This document shows positions 37,682-47,300 of a stretch of DNA of 64,000 bases, piece by piece; the stretch's first letter is position 1; every line of letters begins with the position of its first letter. Position numbers and translations under genes: made by a program. The DNA is from an uncultured Bacilli bacterium (GTDB lineage: Bacteria; Bacillota_I; Bacilli_A; RF39; UBA660). The notes under the pieces were generated by a model that made no database searches, was not told the DNA's origin, and was given only the letters and a program-made list of their open reading frames with translations. The DNA is taken from positions 2,983 through 66,982 of the forward strand of contig CANQRL010000007.1 of assembly GCA_947626275.1 (NCBI GenBank). Direction: 5' to 3'.

Positions 37682-39580
37682 TTACTCAGAAAGAGGTTTA
37701 TTGATATCGTATAGTTCTTCTGGAAGAGGTTCAAAAATCTCTTCTTTTTTCTCCTCATAAGTAAGATACGTATATAATACTCTTTCTAATTCCAACTTAT
37801 CAATTGGTTTTGCTAAATAATCTTTGAAGCCTTCTTTTAAATAATTTTCCTTCATCCCTTCAATAGCATTCGCCGTTAGTACGACAACAGGTGTATGAAA
37901 ATCGGGAATTTTTTCTAGTTCATGAAAAGCTTCCGTTCCTGTCATTTTAGGCATCATATCATCCATGAGAATGAGATCATAAACTTTTCCTTCTTTTATT
38001 TTTTCAATACATTCTAAGCCACTTTCACATTCTTCTATATTTAAATGATAGGGCGTAAGCATACGTGTCGCCACTTTTAAGTTAATCTTATTATCATCGA
38101 CTACTAATACTTTTCGATTACTAATATCTACCATCGTATCATAAGTAACTGTTCTTTTTACTTCTTGGCTTACCATCCGTATTTCCTGTTTTAGATAAAC
38201 CGTAAATTTAGATCCCGCTCCATATTTACTTTGTACAACAATTTTACCACCCATCATCTCAACAAGCCGTTTCGTAATAGCAAGACCTAATCCTGTTCCT
38301 TCTAAGGTCGTATTTCTATCTTCTTCTAATCTTTCAAATTTGTTAAAAATACTGTCAATTTTCTCTGGTTGAATTCCTCTTCCGGTATCTTCTACGGAGA
38401 TGACGAGCTTACACTCTGTTCCACTATTGACACAACCTACTTCTAAAGTAATAAATCCTCTTTCTGTATACTTTACCGCATTGGTTAAAATATTCATCAC
38501 AATCTGTTTAACTTTTCCACCGTCACCATAGAGAATATGAGGAATATCTGGTGCATATTTCACCCGAAGCTCAATCGGTTTATCTCCGATTCTTGGAATC
38601 ATCAATTTTGCAAGACCATTTAAATTTTCGACCAAATCGTATTCGGTTTCGACGATCTCCATTTTCTCGGCTTCAATTTTCGAAATGTCCAAAATACCAT
38701 TTACAATCTCTAACAAGTTATTAGAAGCCATAATGATATCTTTCGCATCTGATTTAATCTGCTCGATATCATTTTCTTCTAGAATTGCCTCACTAAATCC
38801 GACAACCGCATTTAAAGGGGTCCGAATTTCATGGGACATATTCGATAAGAAATCAGACTTGGCGCGATTCGCTTTTTCTGCTTGGTCTTTTGCAGCATTC
38901 AACTGTTCGATAATCTTAATATCCGGATTTTCAATCGTAAAGTACATAACCAAAGTAATTAAAACAGTACAAGGATTAATTAAATAGTTTAAAGATGGGA
39001 AAACAAGTTGAATAGAAACAGAGAATAATCCCAAAACTAGTAAAAGATAAATTGGTAAGTACTTTTTACTTCGAATGTTCTTGAAGTCTGTTAGAATACT
39101 GATAAAATCAGCCACAAATCCAACCCCTAGAAAAGTATAAAAGAAAAGTAAACACAATCCTTCTGCCTGCGCTCCACTATCCGTAGATACAACTTCAACT
39201 GGTAAAATAAGTAAAATCAAAATAGCAATTAAGATACTATTCTTATATAACGATAAAAATTTTCTATTATCTTTTTTCTTTTTTAAAAAACTGATATACA
39301 TAGTATAGTAATTCAAAATACAAGACCAGCATAATAGACACGTTAAATAGACTTTATTAGCAATTTGTAGGACTAATTGATTAGTATTTAAGGCAGGAGT
39401 TACCAATATTCCTAGGATAATTCCAGAAAACGTTGCCAAAGCATTAAATACTAAAAAATGAGCATAAGATTGATCCTCAACTTGTCTTTGTCTCTTTTTT
39501 GAGAAAAAAATAGTTATTAATAATAGGCATACAATCAAGGCATACATATTTAAAGAGATAAATCCTACCATATAGTTCAT
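37682..39580 (-). CDS. Hybrid sensor histidine kinase / response regulator with polytopic N-terminal sensor
   Basis: Multiple N-terminal TM helices; HisKA H-box 'SHEIRTPLNAV'; HATPase_c N/G boxes ('TNAVKYTERG', 'GTGLGLAI'); C-terminal receiver 'VLVVDDNKINL…LILMDDMMPKMTG'. Confidence 0.8.
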   Translation of the reverse strand: MNYMVGFISLNMYALIVCLLLITIFFSKKRQRQVEDQSYAHFLVFNALATFSGIILGILVTPALNTNQLVLQIANKVYLTCLLCWSCILNYYTMYISFLKKKKDNRKFLSLYKNSILIAILILLILPVEVVSTDSGAQAEGLCLLFFYTFLGVGFVADFISILTDFKNIRSKKYLPIYLLLVLGLFSVSIQLVFPSLNYLINPCTVLITLVMYFTIENPDIKIIEQLNAAKDQAEKANRAKSDFLSNMSHEIRTPLNAVVGFSEAILEENDIEQIKSDAKDIIMASNNLLEIVNGILDISKIEAEKMEIVETEYDLVENLNGLAKLMIPRIGDKPIELRVKYAPDIPHILYGDGGKVKQIVMNILTNAVKYTERGFITLEVGCVNSGTECKLVISVEDTGRGIQPEKIDSIFNKFERLEEDRNTTLEGTGLGLAITKRLVEMMGGKIVVQSKYGAGSKFTVYLKQEIRMVSQEVKRTVTYDTMVDISNRKVLVVDDNKINLKVATRMLTPYHLNIEECESGLECIEKIKEGKVYDLILMDDMMPKMTGTEAFHELEKIPDFHTPVVVLTANAIEGMKENYLKEGFKDYLAKPIDKLELERVLYTYLTYEEKKEEIFEPLPEELYDINKPLSE

Positions 39581-39627
39581 AGCATCACAACCTATTCTAC
39601 CTTTATTATACTATAAATTCAAAATAC

Positions 39628-39650
39628 AAGAAAAAAAGTTTCTTTTTTTG
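39628..39650. terminator. Hairpin terminator (aagtttc-ttttttt-gaaactt)
   Basis: Perfect inverted repeat with flanking A/T runs immediately after the AMP-ligase stop codon. Confidence 0.5.
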
Positions 39651-39656
39651 AAACTT

Positions 39657-41687
39657 TTATTCTTTTACTTTACGCTTTATTTTACTTTTTTGTTGTGGTG
39701 GAAGAATCGTAATCTTTCCAACGAATAGATTCGTTTCTTCGACATTTACCACTACTTCTGTTCCATCTAATCCTTCACTAATAAGAGCGTTAATATCAAA
39801 CTTACTATTCTTCGTTAGTGGCATAGAAGAGCGAAATTTAATTCGAGATGGGATTTGACGAGAAGACATATCCTGATTAGCAATAATTTGTTCTTGGATG
39901 ATTTCTTCCGCAATTCTTACATATTCATCTGATGATTGAATAGAACTATCACTCAAAACAATATGAGCAATCGGCATAAATCCTTTCTTTTCTTCATCGT
40001 AGTAATAAGTAACACGACAAATATCAACATTTGGATTTTTTTCAATTTCTTTTTCAATCTCTGCTGGTTTTACTTTATAGCCATCAAATCTTGTAAAAGA
40101 TCTATCCTTTCTAGCTTGGAAGAAGAACACACCATCTTCTCTCATTTTTACTAAGTCCCTAGTTCTAATATAGCTTTTTCCGTCTAACTCATAATGAGGA
40201 ACAATCTGATTCCCATGTAGTATACCACTAGTAACAGCATCTGAAGAGACAATTAACTCTCCAGAAATAAATCCATCTTCGTCTTTATCTACTACTGGTA
40301 CTAATCTATCTTCAATATTAGGGTCAACAATTCCATAAATCGTATCAGGGAAAGGAATTCCAATAGATTCATAGCAATTCCATTTACCTGCCGCATACGT
40401 TCCGCCGCCACAGTACTCACTCATACCATGTCCTTTTTCTACTTCTGAAGAACTACCATGGTTGCGAAGCCATTCATGCAATTCTATCTCTTCATTTCTA
40501 CTCATGGAATCTCCTCCATAAATAGCTCTTTTAATACATGACAAATTTTCTTTTCTTAAGTAAGAACATTTAGGGAGAGACGCTAACCAAGAAGGTGTCC
40601 CTAGAAAGACATTTGGCTTGTATTTCTTTATTAGATATCCAAACTCATTAATTTCAAACTCTGGCACATCAAATAAATTGGCGCCACTAGCCATATCAAT
40701 TAAGAAATTATTATTAGATCCAAGAGGTGAAAAGAATGGTAATTCGTGAATAACTCTATCACCCACTCCTACATTTACTCCTGCTTTGAAAACTTGTTCT
40801 GTCGCAAAAATTTGATTTTTATTAGTTAGTGGAATTGGTTTTGGTCTTGCCCCGCTAGTTCCTGAAGTATGCCCAATATAACTAACTAAACTTTCGTCTT
40901 TAATTTCAGCAAAAGGTACGTTTTGACATTCCTTTACCAAATCTTGATAACGAATAACTTCTATTGGAGAAGAAGCCATCGCTTCTTTTAAAGCAATTCC
41001 ATCCTGTCTCATTCCTTGAATTTTCATAAGTAATGCTTGATAAAATCTCAATTTTTTAGCAGCACTGTCAGCAATTCTAGCATTTCGTAATTGATTATAT
41101 TTAATAACGTCTATTAAATAGTCAATGATTCCTCGAATAGTCATAGAGTCACTAGCAGAAACAACAACAATATTTTGAATTCCAAAATCTTTTAATTCTT
41201 CTTCTATTGGCTTTAACATAGCAGTATAGCAGCGGTCTAAAGCGACAATATAGTTTGCCCTTTCAAAGCGAATCATCTCTAAAACTTTTTTAGCATTTGC
41301 TAATAAGTCCATACTATCTGGTCTAGGATCGGCAAAATCCGTAATGGCACCAATTTGAGATGCTCCTAACCAAATATTTCCACTTTCTGGAATATTAGGC
41401 ATCAAAGTAAATAAAATATCTCCTTGTTTTACTCCTAATCCTGTAAGAGCACGAGAAGCACTATCTACTCTACTGAAAGTTTCCTCGAAAGAAATTTTCC
41501 TTGTATAATAGGTTTCAGCTGTTAATTTCTCTAACCCAGCTGTCTTTTGTCTAAGATAATCTGCTATATTCGTATTTGGTAAAAACATTTGATAAGTTCT
41601 ATCTGCATAATAAGCCATCCAAGGCTTTGTTTTATGAACACCTAACGATTCCATTTTAGATTGATTCACTTCTAAATTTTTAATCAT
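39657..41687 (-). CDS. AMP-dependent synthetase/ligase family protein (adenylate-forming enzyme)
   Basis: AMP-binding motif 'IGHTSGTSGARPKPIPLT'; start at 'MIKNLEV' with RBS AAAGGGGGA; ~676 aa. Confidence 0.7.
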   Translation of the reverse strand: MIKNLEVNQSKMESLGVHKTKPWMAYYADRTYQMFLPNTNIADYLRQKTAGLEKLTAETYYTRKISFEETFSRVDSASRALTGLGVKQGDILFTLMPNIPESGNIWLGASQIGAITDFADPRPDSMDLLANAKKVLEMIRFERANYIVALDRCYTAMLKPIEEELKDFGIQNIVVVSASDSMTIRGIIDYLIDVIKYNQLRNARIADSAAKKLRFYQALLMKIQGMRQDGIALKEAMASSPIEVIRYQDLVKECQNVPFAEIKDESLVSYIGHTSGTSGARPKPIPLTNKNQIFATEQVFKAGVNVGVGDRVIHELPFFSPLGSNNNFLIDMASGANLFDVPEFEINEFGYLIKKYKPNVFLGTPSWLASLPKCSYLRKENLSCIKRAIYGGDSMSRNEEIELHEWLRNHGSSSEVEKGHGMSEYCGGGTYAAGKWNCYESIGIPFPDTIYGIVDPNIEDRLVPVVDKDEDGFISGELIVSSDAVTSGILHGNQIVPHYELDGKSYIRTRDLVKMREDGVFFFQARKDRSFTRFDGYKVKPAEIEKEIEKNPNVDICRVTYYYDEEKKGFMPIAHIVLSDSSIQSSDEYVRIAEEIIQEQIIANQDMSSRQIPSRIKFRSSMPLTKNSKFDINALISEGLDGTEVVVNVEETNLFVGKITILPPQQKSKIKRKVKE

Positions 41688-41839
41688 TTTTGGTCCCCCT
41701 TTGTCATTCCTGTATTCTAGCATATATTTTTAGAAGTTGCAACTTTTCTTTTGTAAAGCAAACGTATTTTAGATAAAAAAATATAGATTTCAAAAAAGGT
41801 TTTTGTTATAATCTTACTAGAATTGAAGGAGGATATTCG

Positions 41840-42118
41840 ATGGGACTTTTTGATCGGGTAGTTAACAATGTCGTAGGAAGTATGAGTCGTTCTGCTGGAG
41901 AAGCAATTGGAAACGCTGTTGGAAATGCCGTTGGAAACATGGCTGGTGAAGGGGTAAATTCCATCACTACCGATATGAAAATCAAAAACGAAGAAAAATT
42001 AATGGATTTAGCAGAAAAACAAAAAGAAGAGAATCTTCCACCTCATTGTCCACATTGTAATGCACCTACAAATAAAAAACTTGTTTGTGAATACTGTGGT
42101 TGTAAAATTGTAGAATAA
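41840..42118 (+). CDS. Small zinc-ribbon protein
   Basis: 92 aa; Gly/Asn/Ala-rich N-terminus ('GNAVGNAVGNMAGEG') and C-terminal 'CPHCNAPTNKKLVCEYCGC'; RBS GAAGGAGG; followed by hairpin 'gatgccgaggcatc' + T-run. Confidence 0.5.
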   Translation: MGLFDRVVNNVVGSMSRSAGEAIGNAVGNAVGNMAGEGVNSITTDMKIKNEEKLMDLAEKQKEENLPPHCPHCNAPTNKKLVCEYCGCKIVE

Positions 42119-42160
42119 AAGATGCCGAGGCATCTTTCTTTTTTATACAAACAAATTTCT

Positions 42161-42754
42161 CTATTTATATCTCGTATCAAGGCTATCTTGTATCACTTGA
42201 TACTTTTTTATTTGCTTATAAGTTGGAAGTTTTTCCTGAACCTCACTAATGATATCATCTAATAATGAAATAATGATGGTTAGAGCTTCCAACGCACTTT
42301 TGCCACGCTCTAATCCTAGACGGACAAGATCTATGCCCGTTAATCCCTTTTTCGCGTATTTTCCTTCGGTAAATAATGCTTCATTTCCTATGCAGACACC
42401 AAATTCATTCACACCCATCTCACATCCCCACATCCAAGATGGTCTACTAATGATAAGAGCATTCGTCTTTTCTACTTCAGGAATCGTCAGATACGTAACC
42501 TTCACTTCTTTTTCTCGATGCCTTTTAGAGGGAAGATACTCGATTACTTGTCTTTCGTTGGGAGAGCGATCACTATTCTTTCCAAAGTAAGCTTTTTTTT
42601 CGCTTTTTATCGAGAATACCAATCGTGTCACACATAGTATCACCAATCTCATTATACACCATTTTTCAACAAAAAAAGAGTTTATCCATATCGTTTTACA
42701 AACTCTTTTTCTCTTTTTTGAAGATTTGCTTTTCTCACTTCTTCCCCTTTCCAT
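42161..42754 (-). CDS. Hypothetical protein / possible gene remnant
   Basis: The 197-aa ORF's first ~60 codons read through the amylase-gene 3' end and look non-coding; the distal ~130 aa ('WGCEMGVNEFGVCIGNEALF…') look protein-like. The true extent is unclear. Confidence 0.3.
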   Translation of the reverse strand: MERGRSEKSKSSKKRKRVCKTIWINSFFVEKWCIMRLVILCVTRLVFSIKSEKKAYFGKNSDRSPNERQVIEYLPSKRHREKEVKVTYLTIPEVEKTNALIISRPSWMWGCEMGVNEFGVCIGNEALFTEGKYAKKGLTGIDLVRLGLERGKSALEALTIIISLLDDIISEVQEKLPTYKQIKKYQVIQDSLDTRYK

Positions 42755-43599
42755 GTATCATCCCAAGGTCTTACATAGAAAAGAGTATGTTCATAGTGAG
42801 GGGTTAAATCACGGTAGGAACGCGCGATTGTCTCACTAGGAAGATGTCGGGTGTATCCCATATTGTCATTACTTAGAAAAGTATCATGACTTTCGACAAA
42901 CTTGACCATCTTAGAAGGATTACTTCCATCATAGTTTCCTAGGACGTTCATATAATCTGCATATTCATCAATGACATTTCTATTCTCTTCAAAGATAACT
43001 TCCCCATACAAGAAAAGTCCATACATTTTCAAGCGATAGATGAGATTCGGCCAAAACCGATATCCTTCGCTTGGTAACCCAATCGATTTTGCCGCATCAA
43101 AACGAAAGCCAGTAACCCCGCAATCAATCAATTCATTTAAGAAAGAAACAATTCGATCTTCGATATCAGGGTGATAGACATTAAGACCAGGAAGATTAAT
43201 ACAATGGTGAATAACCTCTCTTCGGTCATGCCAATTCTCCACTCTTCTTCTAACCCGCCAATATTCTTCTTTCGACCGCAACAACGGATTTACTTTAGGA
43301 TGTGGAGACAAATCATCAGAGGGAGAAGATCCCATATGATTGATGACAACATCCGCAAAAATGCGAATTTCTCTTTTTTCTGCTTCCTGACAAAGAAGAA
43401 TTAAGTCCTCTTTCGTTCCAAAGTAATTGCCTATCGCAAAGTCAATAGGTTGGTAAGACATCCACCATTCCTTCAAGCCATCTTCCTTTAATGGTTGAAT
43501 GGGATTGATTTGAATCGCTTCAAATCCTTGTTCTCTTACCTTATCTAAATTTGGGATAATATCTTGAAGCCGCCAATTAAAAAAATGAATAATTCTCAT
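42682..43599 (-). CDS. Glycoside hydrolase family 13 (alpha-amylase) catalytic-domain protein, short form
   Basis: GH13 conserved regions I 'DVVINH', II 'GFRFDAAK', III-like 'GEVIFEE', IV 'FVESHDT'; only 305 aa (no C-terminal domain). Confidence 0.6.
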   Translation of the reverse strand: MRIIHFFNWRLQDIIPNLDKVREQGFEAIQINPIQPLKEDGLKEWWMSYQPIDFAIGNYFGTKEDLILLCQEAEKREIRIFADVVINHMGSSPSDDLSPHPKVNPLLRSKEEYWRVRRRVENWHDRREVIHHCINLPGLNVYHPDIEDRIVSFLNELIDCGVTGFRFDAAKSIGLPSEGYRFWPNLIYRLKMYGLFLYGEVIFEENRNVIDEYADYMNVLGNYDGSNPSKMVKFVESHDTFLSNDNMGYTRHLPSETIARSYRDLTPHYEHTLFYVRPWDDTWKGEEVRKANLQKREKEFVKRYG

Positions 43600-43673
43600 A
43601 ACGCCTACCTTCTACTATCATTATAACAGGGTTAGCGTTAAAAGAAAAGAAAAAAGGTTTCTTTTTGAAACCT

Positions 43674-44252
43674 TTAATCGAAATCTTTAAGTCCTAATTT
43701 TCTAGCATCTTCTTCTAATTTTTCTTCTTCTAATTCTAATAGATACTCTCTTTTTTCAATATCTTCCATCTGTTTTAAAAATTCTGACTTAGAAATATCT
43801 CCTCTAAAATACTTCGCTTCTAATTCATCTTCTTCGATATCAAGAGCATCCTCCTGTTTCTCTAATTCATTTTTACGATAGTACAAGTTTTTTAATTGGA
43901 TATCTCGTTTATCATCCTTATCCATCTTCACTTCATCTAAATCTAAATCATCTTTGATATTATATTCTTCTTTTAAAGCGTCTTGATTGCTCTTAACAGA
44001 CTGATACTTATCCTTGATGCGATTTACTTCTTTTTCTAATTCTTCCTTAGAAATTTCTCCATCCTCAAAGTCATCATAGACTTCTTCCAATTCTTCATGC
44101 ATCTTTTCTCTTTCTTTATCGTAGGGATGACTTTCTTCATAGTAAGAAGCATAATTAATTCTTGGAATAGCCCGGTAAGCTGTATAACAAGCGATTCCAA
44201 AGACACCAATAATGACAACAAGAATCAAAATATAAGGATATTCTTTCTTCAT
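43674..44252 (-). CDS. Membrane-anchored coiled-coil protein (E/K/D-rich)
   Basis: 192 aa; N-terminal TM 'YILILVVIIGVFGIACY' then charged heptad-like sequence. Confidence 0.5.
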   Translation of the reverse strand: MKKEYPYILILVVIIGVFGIACYTAYRAIPRINYASYYEESHPYDKEREKMHEELEEVYDDFEDGEISKEELEKEVNRIKDKYQSVKSNQDALKEEYNIKDDLDLDEVKMDKDDKRDIQLKNLYYRKNELEKQEDALDIEEDELEAKYFRGDISKSEFLKQMEDIEKREYLLELEEEKLEEDARKLGLKDFD

Positions 44253-44325
44253 ACTATACCTTCTTTCTAGTCATAGTATATAACAAATAAAATAGATTTG
44301 CAAGTAAAGAAAAAAGTGAGCTAAA

Positions 44326-47300
44326 TCACTTTTTCTTATTCAACTGTAATCGATTCTTTAAAAGAACGATGAGCGTAATAATACCAACTCCTAATACGCC
44401 AATACCAAGGACATAAAGTCCAATGTTACCTGGTTCTTTTTCTATCTTTTCTTCGTCCGTTTTTTGTTGATTGCTAGATAGTTGATTAGAATTGGTGTTG
44501 GTATTCGTATTACTACTTACATTACTATTCGTATTTTCATTTGTATTACTATTCGTATTGGTATTTGAATTAGCATTACTATCGATATTAGAAGGATTAT
44601 TCACACTCGAATTCGATGGTTTTGAACTGCTAGAAGATGCCTTATTTTTGTTAGTATTCTTATTTTTACTTGATGAAGCATTTGGTTTTAAGACATCTTT
44701 CTTCTTAACCGTTACGATAACGTCCATCGATACATGGTTATTATCTCCATCATAAACAGCCGTTAATTTATTTTCTCCTTCTTTTAATGTAACCGTCTCA
44801 TCTTCCCAATGCCAACCTTCTGGAAGTGGTACTTCTTTTGCCGTTTTAGTACTTTCAGACACTTCTATATTCGCACTTGGAAGGCTTTCTGGCCCTGCTT
44901 TTTCAATCGTAAAAGAAGACATCTTAAAACCTGTGTAAATTCCTTTTCCAGCAATGGTAATGGTTGCCGTTCCAGCTTCAATATTATCTTGATAAATTAC
45001 CGTATAGTCTTTGTCTTCTTCTAACAACGTTTCTCCATCATAAATAGTCACTCTTGGTCTAAATTCTTTTCCTGTATAGATATACTCCCCTGCTTCGATA
45101 TTGATTGTAAGCGTATTAATATCGGTTTGAGGAACTGTCTCATCTGTAATCGTAATGTGAAGATGAATTTGAGAAACATTTCCGTTCTTGTCCGTTACCT
45201 TAACAGTAATCGTCCAAGTTCCTACTTCCCACTTCAAATCACTTTGAAGTTCAACGGCATCGGAATCTACTGAGATTGATCCATCTTCTTTATCACTAAT
45301 CGTAAGAAGATTCTTAAAGTAATCTAAATCAACTTCTGGATCTTTGATATCAAAGTAGAAATCCTTCTTCTCTATTGAGATAACTGGATATTCTCCTTTG
45401 GACTCCTCTTCTTTCGCATCCCGTATAACTAAAATTTCCATTTCATACCGTTCGTGATTAGCGTCTCCCAAATAAATAATTTGAGCGGCATTATTGCCAA
45501 GAGCAAGAGGCTCTCTACTATCTTTCCACTGCCATCCTTCTGGAAGAGGAATTTGCTCAAGCGTCAACGTATCATAAGAGACATGCATTTCTGGCGTAAC
45601 CAATTCTTTTGGCACTTGGGCTTTATGAATCGTATAAGAATGCGTCAAAGTTCCTTCATAAATTCCTTTTCCGGTAACGGTTACCCGATAAGTTCCCGCA
45701 GATACGGTCTCTTCTAGAGAAAGTTCATAGTCTAGGTCAACCGTTAATTCGTGATTGTCATGTTGTTTATCGATAACGTGAACGGGAATCGTTAAGCTCT
45801 CTCCCGTATAGTAAAGATTCGTATCATCAACGAGAACTTCAAAATCATTCTCATTGAAAAGAACTGGATCTTTTTCTCTATCCACAAGAAGAACTGGTAA
45901 ACTCCAATCGACTTGATTACCATCACTATCTACGACTGTAATATAGATATGGTAAGTTCCTTCTACATTCCACTCAATATTTGAGGAAAAAGTAACTTTC
46001 TTAGAATCATTAATATCAATTGGTCCATCTTCTTCATCGGTAATCGTAATAAGTTTTTTAATATCCTCTAAAGAGACTACCTCATCCCCTGTAAATTCAT
46101 ATTCTAAAGCTGTTTTATCGCCTTGAACCGTAATCACAGGATGAGATCCTTTTTCTTTGATAATGGTTACTTCTACTTCAGTTTGTTCATAATTATTTTT
46201 ATCTTCATGGACTGCTACGGCAACAATCGTATCTCCGGATAGAAGTTCTTGATTTGGTTCTTTCCAACTCCATCCTTCTGGAAGAGAAATATCGGCAAGT
46301 GTTTTCTTGCTCACATCTACCGTCATCTCGCTAGATGGAGCATTCGTTGGAATATCCGCTTTTGAAATCGTAAACTCTTTACTAACCGTACCATCATATA
46401 TACCAAGACCAGTTACTTCTATCGTCGCTACGCCGGCATTCGTGTTATTTTGATATTCTACACTATAATTATTATCTTCAATAAGATCGATTCCATCATC
46501 TTGAACGGTCAAAAGTGGTCGATGTTCTTCCCCGTTATAGACATAGCCATCTTTGATATAACTGATAGATAAATCATGAACACTCTTTGTCGTTGTAAGT
46601 GTATTTTCATACAAACGAATCATCGCTGCTGAGGTAGAATGATTGACAGAATCTAGAGAGGTAAGTCTTACGTATTTAGTCCTAATAGGAGTTTCTAAAA
46701 CGTAAGTCTTAATAGAGTCATCGTTTTTCCATGTTAACTCACTCACTAAAGTTTCCCACTTTTTACCATCCATACTGGTTTCGATTTTTACTTTGGTAAT
46801 TCGACCAGATTCGTTAAAATCTTGACGTGGTACATATTCTAACTTAGAAAGTTGAATCGTTTTATTGACCATAATGGTAACCCAAGCTTGCTCACTTGTG
46901 TTTTTCTTACTGTGCCAAAAACTATAGAAATTACCATCTAGCAAATTTTCTTTTGTTTCCTCATCAGAAGCATCACTAGAGGTTTCAACCGTTAATCTAG
47001 AGTTTGGAACATAAACAGCCTCTTTATTGTTTTCATCTGGCTCAAAAGTAAGAAAGACAAAATCACTTGGAAATCTATTTTCCGTATAACCGTCCCGTAC
47101 TAAAATCATTGTCTGTTCTGTATCACTAACAGGTGGTTCACTATCTTTAAATTTCTGCCATTTCAATCCATTAGGATTCATGAAAGCATCATAGAATTCA
47201 TCAAAGTCTTTTAACACATACCATTCCATGCTATCTGTAACGCCAGCAACTTTGTTTTCTAGACTATTCGCATAAATCTTTTTAGGAGAGATACCATCCT

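Noticed and set aside
44492-45717. Plus-strand ORFs inside the giant surface protein gene
   Set aside because: Antisense shadow ORFs within a continuous 5.4 kb minus-strand gene.
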